Below are positions 31,265 to 40,435 of a stretch of 64,000 nt of DNA, piece after piece (position 1 is the stretch's first letter; each line of letters starts with the position of its first letter). Position numbers and translations under genes: made by a program. Source of the DNA: Spirochaetota bacterium (lineage in GTDB: Bacteria > Spirochaetota > UBA4802 > UBA5550); the NCBI GenBank assembly GCA_963664815.2, contig CAXXHB010000003.1, positions 2,976,001 to 3,040,000 on the forward strand. Direction: 5' to 3'. A model generated the notes under the pieces. That model did no database searches, was not told where the DNA came from, and saw only the letters and a program-made list of their open reading frames with translations.

Positions 31265-32038
31265 TCACCAGAATTTCCATGGAGCATTGTTTGCCTCCCA
31301 CATTGCATTCAGATCAATTTTATCACGCAGTGTATCCATCGGTTTCCAGAAACCGTTGTGTTTATATGCCGAAAGCTCACCGGTTGATGCAAGTTTTTCA
31401 AGAGGATCCCTTTCCCATACTGTAGAATCATTTTTCAGAAGATCAAATACTGATGGCTCAAGTACAAAAAAACCGCCATTTACCCAGCTCCCGTCACCCT
31501 TAGGTTTTTCCTGAAATGATTTTATCATACTGCCTTCTATTTCAAGCGCACCAAATTTCCCTGAAGGGAGAACAGCTGTTAAAGTGGCCTCTTTCCCGCC
31601 AGATTTATGAAATTTGATTAGTGCATTTATATCAATATCTCCTACGCCATCACCATATGTCATCATAAAGGTTTCATTCCCTATATACTCTTCAACTCTT
31701 TTTAAGCGCCCGCCGGTCATAGTTTCAGCGCCGGTATCTACAAGTGTAACTTTCCACGGTTCTGCCTTGGTATTATGTACTATTCTTTCCTGGCTCTGAT
31801 TTGAAAAATCAAAGGTTATATCAGAATTATGAAGAAAATAGTGATAAAAATATTCTTTAATATAATATCCCTTATAGCCGAGACAGACAATAAAATCATT
31901 AAATCCATAATGTGAATAGATTTTCATAATATGCCATAGTATCGGTTTACCTCCAATTTCGACCATAGGTTTAGGACGAATATCTGTCTCCTCGCTGAGT
32001 CTTGTCCCCATACCGCCAGCCAACAGTACAACCTTCAT
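31265..32038 (-). CDS. rfbF: Glucose-1-phosphate cytidylyltransferase
   Basis: LAGGMGTRLSEET, PKPMVEIGG, TMTGGRLK, TYGDG, FWKPMDTLRD. Confidence 0.96.
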   Translation of the reverse strand: MKVVLLAGGMGTRLSEETDIRPKPMVEIGGKPILWHIMKIYSHYGFNDFIVCLGYKGYYIKEYFYHYFLHNSDITFDFSNQSQERIVHNTKAEPWKVTLVDTGAETMTGGRLKRVEEYIGNETFMMTYGDGVGDIDINALIKFHKSGGKEATLTAVLPSGKFGALEIEGSMIKSFQEKPKGDGSWVNGGFFVLEPSVFDLLKNDSTVWERDPLEKLASTGELSAYKHNGFWKPMDTLRDKIDLNAMWEANNAPWKFW

Positions 32039-32139
32039 AATATTTTTTTCCTCTATTTATGATATAAATAACAAAACAATTTTATTTTTAAGAACATATT
32101 TTATTAAATAATTAATAAAGCTATTTTTATTAGAGTTGA

Positions 32140-32289
32140 AAACCTTGTTCTTAAGCTTATATAACATATAATAGCAACTTCAAATACTTCCGGAAAATAT
32201 GTTAACGGAAATACAATTGAGAGTACCTGTAAAACTGTAAAGTAGTTTATGACTATCTTAAAGTTTTACACTTCTTAATTACAAGGTTT
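32140..32289. repeat. Nested inverted-repeat element upstream of rfbF
   Basis: Outer IR AAACCTTGTTCTTAAG/CTTAATTACAAGGTTT (14/16); inner IR TGTAAAACTGTAAAGTAGT/ACTATCTTAAAGTTTTACA (16/19) at 32228-32270. Confidence 0.5.
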
Positions 32290-32578
32290 ATTTTTACATT
32301 TTTTTCGAGTCAAATGGTAGTTTTCATTTAAATACTAAATACGCAGGCGCTCTCATAAAAGAACAATTCTAATAAATAACCATTATTGATTCAGGGGATC
32401 AGATATTATAAGCATTAAAAATTCTTCTTAAATTACCCATATTTGAAAATGTGGTACTATAAATTATCCATATGTTTTTAGTAAAACAATTTGTTCACTT
32501 CTGAAAAAATAAAATACAAGTTTAACATTTACCATATAAAGTACAGCAAATTTAAATACATTTTAAATGAATATTATT

Positions 32579-33724
32579 TCAGCCTGTTTTACTTTTCAGA
32601 AATATTATATTACCATTTTTCTCATCAGAATTAAATATATCTTCAGGGACTTTGTACTCTCTAAGTGCCGAAATTATACGTTCTGTCCTTTTCAGTATAA
32701 AAATGGAAATCCAGAGAATCATTATAATGCATCCGAATAAGATCATAGTCATTTCAGGTTTTTGCTTGACTATTATCAATGAAAATACTCCAAGAATTAC
32801 GGTGTAGGAATAGACGACTGCAAGAATTCCTTTGGTTGAAAAACCGAGATTCATAAGCCTGTGATGCAGGTGTCTTTTATCGGGATGAAATATATTCTGA
32901 CCATTTTTAAGGCGGTTCAGCATAACCTGAAGCACATCTGTAAGCGGTATAAGCATTAATATCATCGGGACAAGAAAAACCGTTAAAGCCGCGCTTTTTT
33001 TTACGCCCATCAGGGGAAGTACTGCATACATAAAACCGATAAAATAAGCACCGCCATCCCCGAGAAATATTTTAGCCGGAGGGAAATTAAAAATGTAAAA
33101 ACCGGCAATTGAGCTTTCAAGAATGAGAGATAACGCCAACACATGATAATTCCCGGTTATATATGAAATAATAATTATAAAGAGATTGGCAATTAAAACA
33201 ACTCCCGTTGAAAGACCATCCATTCCATCAATAAGGTTAACAGCATTCATGAATGTTATGATCCACAAAACCGTTGCCGGATATGCCCAGTATCCGAAAT
33301 CGATATAAAGAAATGTATATAACCTGAAATCCTTTATAAGGAGACCGGAAGATGCAGCCATCAACGCTGCAGAAATCTGTAGAAGCAATTTATACCTTGC
33401 CCTGACAGGAACAAGATCATCAATGAAGCCAATTAGAAAGGCCATAAGCATTCCTGAAATAAGCAAAATATTATTAAACCCGGAATTGACAGTCAACAGA
33501 TAATAGCAACTTAAGGGGAGACAGCCCAGGAAAATCCCCAATCCTCCCAGGCGTGGAATATTTCCATTATGTATTTTTCTTGAACAGGCATAATCGAAAA
33601 TTTCATATTTATGTGAAAGTTTAATGATTACAGGGATTGAGATTACAGAAATCAAAAAAGAGCAGAGAGCAAAAAATACTATTTTAAATGTCATTCTTTT
33701 ACCACCACGATTAACAGATTCCAT
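32579..33724 (-). CDS. wecA: MraY/WecA family undecaprenyl-phosphate HexNAc-1-phosphate transferase
   Basis: RKIH...PRLGG, GFIDD, NAVNLIDGMDGL, IFLGDGG, HLHHRL; alternative ATG at 33694. Confidence 0.9.
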   Translation of the reverse strand: MESVNRGGKRMTFKIVFFALCSFLISVISIPVIIKLSHKYEIFDYACSRKIHNGNIPRLGGLGIFLGCLPLSCYYLLTVNSGFNNILLISGMLMAFLIGFIDDLVPVRARYKLLLQISAALMAASSGLLIKDFRLYTFLYIDFGYWAYPATVLWIITFMNAVNLIDGMDGLSTGVVLIANLFIIIISYITGNYHVLALSLILESSIAGFYIFNFPPAKIFLGDGGAYFIGFMYAVLPLMGVKKSAALTVFLVPMILMLIPLTDVLQVMLNRLKNGQNIFHPDKRHLHHRLMNLGFSTKGILAVVYSYTVILGVFSLIIVKQKPEMTMILFGCIIMILWISIFILKRTERIISALREYKVPEDIFNSDEKNGNIIFLKSKTG

Positions 33725-33918
33725 TTAATCATATTCAGTTTTTTTAATTTTTTATAGTATAAATAATAAATCTTTTGTTATTAATTTACATGAGCCAGAC
33801 TCTTTTTTTTACATATTACATAATAAGTTATCTCTCGTTCCGATAGGTAAAATATAAAAATTTCTAATATTCATTAAAACTTTGTTTTATATTCAGGAAA
33901 ATCTTAACTAATATGATT

Positions 33919-33947
33919 ATTATAATAAACAGAATTATAACAGTCAA
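33919..33947 (-). promoter_or_regulatory. Putative sigma70 promoter for wecA
   Basis: TTGACT-N17-TATAAT on the minus strand. Confidence 0.6.
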
Positions 33948-34049
33948 AACATATTGTATAATAAAATATTTTATTTAAAACTATGTAAAAAACACTCCAT
34001 CAGGAACTTTATATAAAGAAGTTTAATCTTAATTATTACTTAATTCATC

Positions 34050-34820
34050 TTATTCAGTTTTTTTTCTTACTTCTGTTAAAATATAATTTAACAGTAATGC
34101 AGCAAATATCCCGAGAAAAATCAATATTATAAAAAAAGTAATTATTTTTTTCACTAATACCCTGCTAAATAGCGGCCATTTACTATTTCCGGTTACAGGC
34201 AGTTCAATACCCATCTTTTTCTGATATATTAAAATATTGCCAAGAACTTCCGTAGGAAAACTATAAGATGTTATAAAGTACTCCAATTTAACATTATTAT
34301 TTTTATAACCTTCAAGCTTTAAATTATTAATATTATTTACTGAATCTCTATAAATAACCCCATGCCTATCTATAATATATTTTTTTAGTAATCCCATCAT
34401 TTGAGTAGTATCTTCATAGGTTGAACCCTGTACAACAAGTGTTAATACAATTGTACTTAGATTCTGCGAACTTTCCTTTTTGTTTAATCCGAGAGAAAAA
34501 GTTGTTTTTTTATATAAATCAACCCACTTCTCTTTCAAATCATTATAACTTTTACCAGAATAGTTTTCAAAACCTGATCCGTCAGTTAAAGCAAGTAAAT
34601 TCAGGTTTAGATCTTCATATGTTTCAAGCGGTATATCACCAATTTTACCAATTTTAATTGAAACAGTTGACTTATATGACACAGGTGCTTTGTAATAAAC
34701 ATTTCCCCCAATTATTAAACCAGTTAAAACTAATCCGAAAATAAATATTTTCCATTTCCATATTATTCTAATAAAATCAAAAACATCTATCTCATTATTT
34801 GAAGTTTCAGTTGAATTCAT
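34050..34820 (-). CDS. Wzz-like chain-length determinant (short)
   Basis: EIDVFDFIRIIWKWKIFI N-terminus with TM helix; C-terminal TM. Confidence 0.75.
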   Translation of the reverse strand: MNSTETSNNEIDVFDFIRIIWKWKIFIFGLVLTGLIIGGNVYYKAPVSYKSTVSIKIGKIGDIPLETYEDLNLNLLALTDGSGFENYSGKSYNDLKEKWVDLYKKTTFSLGLNKKESSQNLSTIVLTLVVQGSTYEDTTQMMGLLKKYIIDRHGVIYRDSVNNINNLKLEGYKNNNVKLEYFITSYSFPTEVLGNILIYQKKMGIELPVTGNSKWPLFSRVLVKKIITFFIILIFLGIFAALLLNYILTEVRKKTE

Positions 34821-34954
34821 ACAATCCCTTTTTTGTAGATTTTTGAAGAATCATGTAGTATTTTTAACTGATTTTTATATTATTTTAATATTTGCACGAT
34901 TAAAATAATATAACATGACAATCATAACAGTTAGTTTAATTAAATAATACTCCT

Positions 34955-34982
34955 TTTATATCATAATATAAAAAAATGTCAA
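34955..34982 (-). promoter_or_regulatory. Putative sigma70 promoter for the wzz-like gene
   Basis: TTGACA-N16-TATAAA with TGn extended -10. Confidence 0.5.
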
Positions 34983-35138
34983 GACATACTCCAACCCGTC
35001 AGGAAATAAGCATTTTTAATATAAAAAAATCCGGGTCACATCAGCACAACTGCCAGACTATCTCTAAACGCTTCATCCCGCCTCAGAATTATAACGACCA
35101 AGAAACCGAAAGCGTAAAATCCCCTGTGTAGTATCCAC

Positions 35139-35507
35139 TTACTTTTCATTACATGAATCAAAATTTTTATTTTCAACTTTAAGTTTTAACAAAGAAATTT
35201 CCTGCGTCAATTTTATTATAATTCTATGCATTTTAGATATAACTATTGTTAATGACATTAGTATTATTATGATAAAGAATATTGCAACTAAATATAATGT
35301 GTTAACTGGAAGTCCAATTCCAAATAACTGAGAAAGATATATGACTATTTTCGGGAAGAAAGACAATATAATTAAAATCAAACCAAGACAAAACCATAAT
35401 AATGAATACTTTAATTCAATAGTTTCATTTCTAATAAGGTGAATTATATATCCCATAAAAGTGAAAGTAAGCACTATTAGAAATATCTGTAATTGGAAAC
35501 CAATCAT
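35139..35507 (-). CDS. DUF2304 (GacJ-like) membrane accessory protein
   Basis: 122 aa, 3 TM, KYSLLW, LFGIGLPVN, KLTQEISL coiled tail; follows a GT2. Confidence 0.88.
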   Translation of the reverse strand: MIGFQLQIFLIVLTFTFMGYIIHLIRNETIELKYSLLWFCLGLILIILSFFPKIVIYLSQLFGIGLPVNTLYLVAIFFIIIILMSLTIVISKMHRIIIKLTQEISLLKLKVENKNFDSCNEK

Positions 35508-35522
35508 GTTATAAACCTATGC

Positions 35523-36218
35523 TTATATTTTTTTTATTTTATCGAACATAATAGCTAAACTAACTTTTACCATATAATAAATTGATTTAAATGATTTTAT
35601 TGATGATTCGCCACCATTACGTTCATTCATAATGACTGGTATTTCAATAATTTTATAACCTTTTCTGACTATTGTCGCTACCGATTCAGGTTCAGGATAA
35701 TCAGAAGGATATGTTTTAGCAAAAATTGAAATTATTTCTTTATTGCAAGCCCGGAAACCTGAAGTTGGATCAGTTATATTTTTTTTAGTAATTAAAAGCA
35801 ATACTATCTGTAATAATCTGATACCAATTCTTCTTAAAAATGATGATTGAAATCCTTTATATTCTATAAATCTTGATCCTATAACTAAATCCGCATTTTT
35901 ATTAATTATTGGTTCTATCATTTCACTTATAAATTCCGGATTATGCTGACCATCACCATCTACCTGTATAGCTATATCATAATCATTATAATAAGCATAC
36001 AGATAACCGGTTTGAACAGCACCACCAATACCTAAATTTACCGGCAAATCCGCAACAACTACATTACATTTTTTAGCAACTACTGATGTATCATCAGTAG
36101 ATGCATCATTGATAACTAAAATATCAGTTTTGAAATTTAACTTGGTGAATTTAATAATTAAATCTTCAATATTCTCGGATTCATTAAAGGCAGGTATTAT
36201 AATCAGTATCTTAAACAT
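35523..36218 (-). CDS. DPM1/GacI-like GT2 polyprenyl-phosphate glycosyltransferase
   Basis: IIPAFNE, NLGIGGAVQTG, QVDGDGQH, GSRF, DPTSGFRA; soluble 231 aa paired with DUF2304. Confidence 0.9.
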   Translation of the reverse strand: MFKILIIIPAFNESENIEDLIIKFTKLNFKTDILVINDASTDDTSVVAKKCNVVVADLPVNLGIGGAVQTGYLYAYYNDYDIAIQVDGDGQHNPEFISEMIEPIINKNADLVIGSRFIEYKGFQSSFLRRIGIRLLQIVLLLITKKNITDPTSGFRACNKEIISIFAKTYPSDYPEPESVATIVRKGYKIIEIPVIMNERNGGESSIKSFKSIYYMVKVSLAIMFDKIKKI

Positions 36219-36225
36219 AAATCTC

Positions 36226-37644
36226 TTAATCTACTACAATATAATTATAAAATTTATTACAATATTCAACCCATTCTTTTGCTTTATTATGATTTTTGAT
36301 AATAAAATCTGCTGTTGAGATACCTATATCCATTGAATCCGCCATACCTGTATAACTAAATCCCCCCTGCCTTCCTACAGTAAATAAATTTCCGAACTTA
36401 TTCATGCCAGTTAATACATTTAAAAGATTGATTTTATAATTAATGTCATAAACAGGGTATGCATTACTAATCCTTTTTGTAAAATAATCTATTACATTAT
36501 AATTCAGTAAATTAACATCTTCTAATTGTGATTTAACTGCTAAATAAATCTTTTCATCATTCATCTGCCAGAGTTCATCGTTATCCCCACATGTAAGTTC
36601 AACACAGATAACCGTTTTCCCTTCAGGAATCATTTTGTCATTGAATGCTTTTTGTTCAAAAATTCTATTAAATCTATACTTACCTTCAGGGAAAAATAAC
36701 CAGTTGTCCTGTACTACTCTGTCAGCATTAAGAACTACAAATAGTAAAATAAGTTTTCTTGTTTTCAATTCCGATATACTTTCAATTACTGATTTGTCCA
36801 GATAACGATTAAGTTTATCTGCCAGAACTGGTAGAGGTGTAGTATTTATTATAACATCCCCATTATTAATTACATCACTTTTACCATCATTATAAAAAAC
36901 AGCATCCACTTGATTTTGCTTATTTATCCGGTAATTTAAAACTTCTTTTCTTAAATAAATCTTTCCCTTGTTTTTTTTGATTCTTGATGACAATTTATCA
37001 CTGATATCACCAAATCCTTTTATCGGATATTGAAATATTTCTGCATTAATAACAGGAGAATCTTTTTTTTGTCCGAAAACCATCTGTTTTATCATCTCCA
37101 GGAGATTCGGTGCAGCAATTCGTGATTCAGCAAGTTCTGATGACAACTCTTTCGGATCACCCCATATTTTACGGGCATAAGGACCTAAAACCAGATCAAA
37201 TGTTGGTTTTCCGAATCTGTTAATTACCCATTCCTCATAAGAATTTGAAGATCTTTTTTTTACCATATTTTTGAATAATGCAAACAGATACCCCATACCG
37301 CACTTAAAACCAGTCCATATGCCTAAACCAAAAAAAATATCAAGTATTCCAAAAGGAAACTTCAAGTATTTACCATTCAGCCGTACATTGCTGCTTTTTT
37401 TTATTGATAGTAATTCCTCATTTTTATATAATTCATCAATCTCAGCTTTAATATTGTCAAGAACGGTAAAAATCTTATGCGGCCCAAAATCTAATTGATA
37501 ATCTTTATAATTAAAAGTTGCAGACATTCCACCTATAAAATTTTCCTTCTCTATAACCTTAACCAGATATCCCTTTTCAGATAGTTTCCAGGCTGCTGAT
37601 AATCCTGTTATTCCAGCACCTATGATGATTGCTTTTTTAGGCAT
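36226..37644 (-). CDS. FAD-dependent oxidoreductase (protoporphyrinogen oxidase / UDP-galactopyranose mutase-like)
   Basis: GAGITGL, EKENFIGG, DFGPHKIF, AYPVY, GRQGGFSY. Confidence 0.82.
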   Translation of the reverse strand: MPKKAIIIGAGITGLSAAWKLSEKGYLVKVIEKENFIGGMSATFNYKDYQLDFGPHKIFTVLDNIKAEIDELYKNEELLSIKKSSNVRLNGKYLKFPFGILDIFFGLGIWTGFKCGMGYLFALFKNMVKKRSSNSYEEWVINRFGKPTFDLVLGPYARKIWGDPKELSSELAESRIAAPNLLEMIKQMVFGQKKDSPVINAEIFQYPIKGFGDISDKLSSRIKKNKGKIYLRKEVLNYRINKQNQVDAVFYNDGKSDVINNGDVIINTTPLPVLADKLNRYLDKSVIESISELKTRKLILLFVVLNADRVVQDNWLFFPEGKYRFNRIFEQKAFNDKMIPEGKTVICVELTCGDNDELWQMNDEKIYLAVKSQLEDVNLLNYNVIDYFTKRISNAYPVYDINYKINLLNVLTGMNKFGNLFTVGRQGGFSYTGMADSMDIGISTADFIIKNHNKAKEWVEYCNKFYNYIVVD

Positions 37645-38558
37645 CAGATATTCCTCACTTTTTTAGCAATAACATTCGCCTGGCTTGCATAGTAAGGTAT
37701 CTGCCAATTATTCATTCTCAACAGATTAACAACTTTCAAACCAATATTTGATAGTGTTTTACTGTATAAACCAACCATTTTTACAAGATGTTCAAGACTT
37801 AGTGTCTGGTAATAACGACTGATCTTTAATACTTCAAATCCATTTTTTTCAAGATACATTCTCATTGTCTTATGAGTGAAATGATACAAGTGAACTGACA
37901 GAATAAACCACCACTTACTTCCAGCAATTTTAGCAAGTCTACTTCCGATATTTGGATAGTTAATTATCAGTATACCATCTCTTTTTAAAATTCTATTCGT
38001 TTCCTCTAATTCTCCCATAGGATCAGGAGTATGTTCAAGTACATCCCACATTGTAACAACATCAAAAAATTCGTCTTTAAACGAATTATCTGTCAAAACA
38101 CCATTTAGAATATTGACATTAAATTTTTTATTACCCCACTCTGACATCCATTTGCTTGGCTCTATCCCATAAGCTTCCCAGCTGTTTTCTTTTGCCACGT
38201 TGAGAAAAAAACCGGCTGCTGCACCTATATCAAGAATTCGTCCTTTATTCTTTGAATACTTCTCAACTAATTTTAGTGACTTTCTGAAAGTTTTTATTCT
38301 ACCTTTTTCCTGGGATACATAGAGTTCATCCTCGGCATCAGAATAACCGGATATGATTATTTCCTGTTTAATTCTCGGATTAACATATATCAAACCACAA
38401 TTTTTGCATTCAACTATCTGCTGAGTCCCCATTACTCCGCCAGAAGCAGAAAATATTGTTTTAGGATCAAAATCTGTATTTGTTGGTTTATATTTAATTG
38501 TGTAATCTTTGCTCCCACAAAGATTACATGAAATTTTTTCAAAATAATTACTATTCAT
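37644..38558 (-). CDS. Class I SAM-dependent methyltransferase with N-terminal Cys4 motif
   Basis: CNLC...CKNC, LDIGAAAGFF, WDVLEH, HLYHFT. Confidence 0.88.
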   Translation of the reverse strand: MNSNYFEKISCNLCGSKDYTIKYKPTNTDFDPKTIFSASGGVMGTQQIVECKNCGLIYVNPRIKQEIIISGYSDAEDELYVSQEKGRIKTFRKSLKLVEKYSKNKGRILDIGAAAGFFLNVAKENSWEAYGIEPSKWMSEWGNKKFNVNILNGVLTDNSFKDEFFDVVTMWDVLEHTPDPMGELEETNRILKRDGILIINYPNIGSRLAKIAGSKWWFILSVHLYHFTHKTMRMYLEKNGFEVLKISRYYQTLSLEHLVKMVGLYSKTLSNIGLKVVNLLRMNNWQIPYYASQANVIAKKVRNI

Positions 38559-38575
38559 ATCGTATCCTTATAAAT

Positions 38576-38932
38576 CTAACTTTTAATTACAAACCAAGAG
38601 CCAAGAATGGTAAGGGCTATACCAAAAACTCTATTGAAATTGAATGTCTCATTAAAAAAAGTCCATGATATTACTGCGATTACTACAACGGATATTGAAA
38701 GCAACGGATGAGCAAACGTCAATTCCATTCGACTCAAAATAATAAGCCACATTACTATACTAACTACAAATAACATCAATCCGATAATTACTTTTATAGA
38801 AGTAAAAGCATGAAAAATAAAGGAAAAGTTAACCTCTTTATTAACTAAATGTGACATTCCTATTTTTATCAAAATGTTGCCCAAAGATACACACAAAATA
38901 TATATAGATATTAATATAAGATTTTTTATCAT
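38576..38932 (-). CDS. EamA/SMR family (ArnE/ArnF-like) small membrane flippase
   Basis: 118 aa, 4 TM, WLIILSRMELTFAHPLLS, FNE...GI. Confidence 0.82.
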   Translation of the reverse strand: MIKNLILISIYILCVSLGNILIKIGMSHLVNKEVNFSFIFHAFTSIKVIIGLMLFVVSIVMWLIILSRMELTFAHPLLSISVVVIAVISWTFFNETFNFNRVFGIALTILGSWFVIKS

Positions 38933-38943
38933 TTCATAATCAC

Positions 38944-40398
38944 TTAGTTAAATTTTTTAATACGACTTTTTCTAAACCAAGAAAACATTTGGTTCATTAA
39001 ACTTAAACTGGCTTTAAAATATAGAAGTAATAATCTAGAATTTTTAGCAAAAGCTATAATTCTCACAATCTGTGGAATATTAAAGTAAAATTTTCTATAT
39101 GCATAAGATGTTAGACTTAATATTTCATTTCTTGATAAATCAGTGTGCCTCGGTTCATATGGCAAATCATCACCTACCGAGCACCAATTATTCCAATTAG
39201 TTTCAGGCTTATCATAATCCATATAAAATTTTTTAAATATCTCTGTACCAGGAAATGGGATAAGCATATTAAATCCGGCCATAACTGATTTTAATTTTTT
39301 AGAAAATAGGATCGTCTCAATTACAGTTTCCTTTGTATCACCTTCATTCCCAATAATATAAGAATTAAAATATTTTATATCATTCTTCTTTAACAGATTA
39401 CAGCATGATTCTGCCATGGATAATGTTGTTCCTTTCTTCATTATGTTATTTATTTCTTGATTACCTGTTTCAATTCCCAGCAGTGCATAAACACATCCAG
39501 CATTTTTCATTTTTTTAATTAGTTCATTTTTCTGGAGATTATTTACCCTTCCAAAAATAAACCATGTAATTTTGATATTCTTTGATATTATCAAATCACA
39601 TATATCCGACACTCTTTGAGAATTTGCCGTAAAACAATCATCAACAAAATGAAAATGTTTTATACCATAGGTATTTATTAAAAATTGTATTTCATCCAAA
39701 ACATATTGTGCTGAATTTGCACGAAATTTTCTCCCCATACAAATATTAGCACAAAATGTGCAATTAGATGGACATCCTCTACTTGTCAATATCGTTGCAC
39801 TTTTTGTCCCTCTCTGAAATTGGGGATGAAGTTTATATAAATTGATATCCACAAGATCTCTTGCCGGGAATTCTAAGGAATCCAAATCTTTTATTAAATC
39901 AGCTTTAGGGTTTTCAATATACTGACCATTTTTAATAAAAGCTGCTCCAGGTATTGATTTAAAATCAATAATTCCATTATTATCAAAACTATCCGCTATT
40001 TTAAGCATTGGAATCTCTCCTTCACCCAAAATCACAGCATCCAAATAATTAGCACAGCTTAATAGACTAGACTTTGGTAAAGCATTTACATGAGGCCCGC
40101 CCATAATAACACAACACTTGATTTTGTTTTTTGCATCTTTCACTAGTTGTTGAGCTAACATAAAATTCGGTGTAACTGATGTTATACCAATAATATCCGG
40201 TTTGAATTTGCCAACATTTATCCAAAGCTCTTCGATCGGCATGTTATATGGTTCCGGATCGAATATATTTACTTCATGCCCTTGCTTTCGAACATAAGAT
40301 GCGATATATCCTATTCCTAATGGGAAGCTGCAATTATTTTCAGAGCTTATTTTCCCATAAGCAAACAATGACGGAGTATTAATCAACGCTATTCTCAT
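38944..40398 (-). CDS. B12-binding domain radical SAM enzyme
   Basis: PLGIGYIAS, GGPH, GEGE, TSRGCPSNCTFC, DDCFT, GIETG. Confidence 0.92.
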   Translation of the reverse strand: MRIALINTPSLFAYGKISSENNCSFPLGIGYIASYVRKQGHEVNIFDPEPYNMPIEELWINVGKFKPDIIGITSVTPNFMLAQQLVKDAKNKIKCCVIMGGPHVNALPKSSLLSCANYLDAVILGEGEIPMLKIADSFDNNGIIDFKSIPGAAFIKNGQYIENPKADLIKDLDSLEFPARDLVDINLYKLHPQFQRGTKSATILTSRGCPSNCTFCANICMGRKFRANSAQYVLDEIQFLINTYGIKHFHFVDDCFTANSQRVSDICDLIISKNIKITWFIFGRVNNLQKNELIKKMKNAGCVYALLGIETGNQEINNIMKKGTTLSMAESCCNLLKKNDIKYFNSYIIGNEGDTKETVIETILFSKKLKSVMAGFNMLIPFPGTEIFKKFYMDYDKPETNWNNWCSVGDDLPYEPRHTDLSRNEILSLTSYAYRKFYFNIPQIVRIIAFAKNSRLLLLYFKASLSLMNQMFSWFRKSRIKKFN

Positions 40399-40435
40399 TA
40401 ATTTAACCTGTTTTTTAAGGATATAATATCAATAA

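Noticed and set aside
36226-37644. Heme-pathway protoporphyrinogen oxidase
   Set aside because: No hem genes nearby; flanked by glycosylation genes, so only the fold-level call is kept
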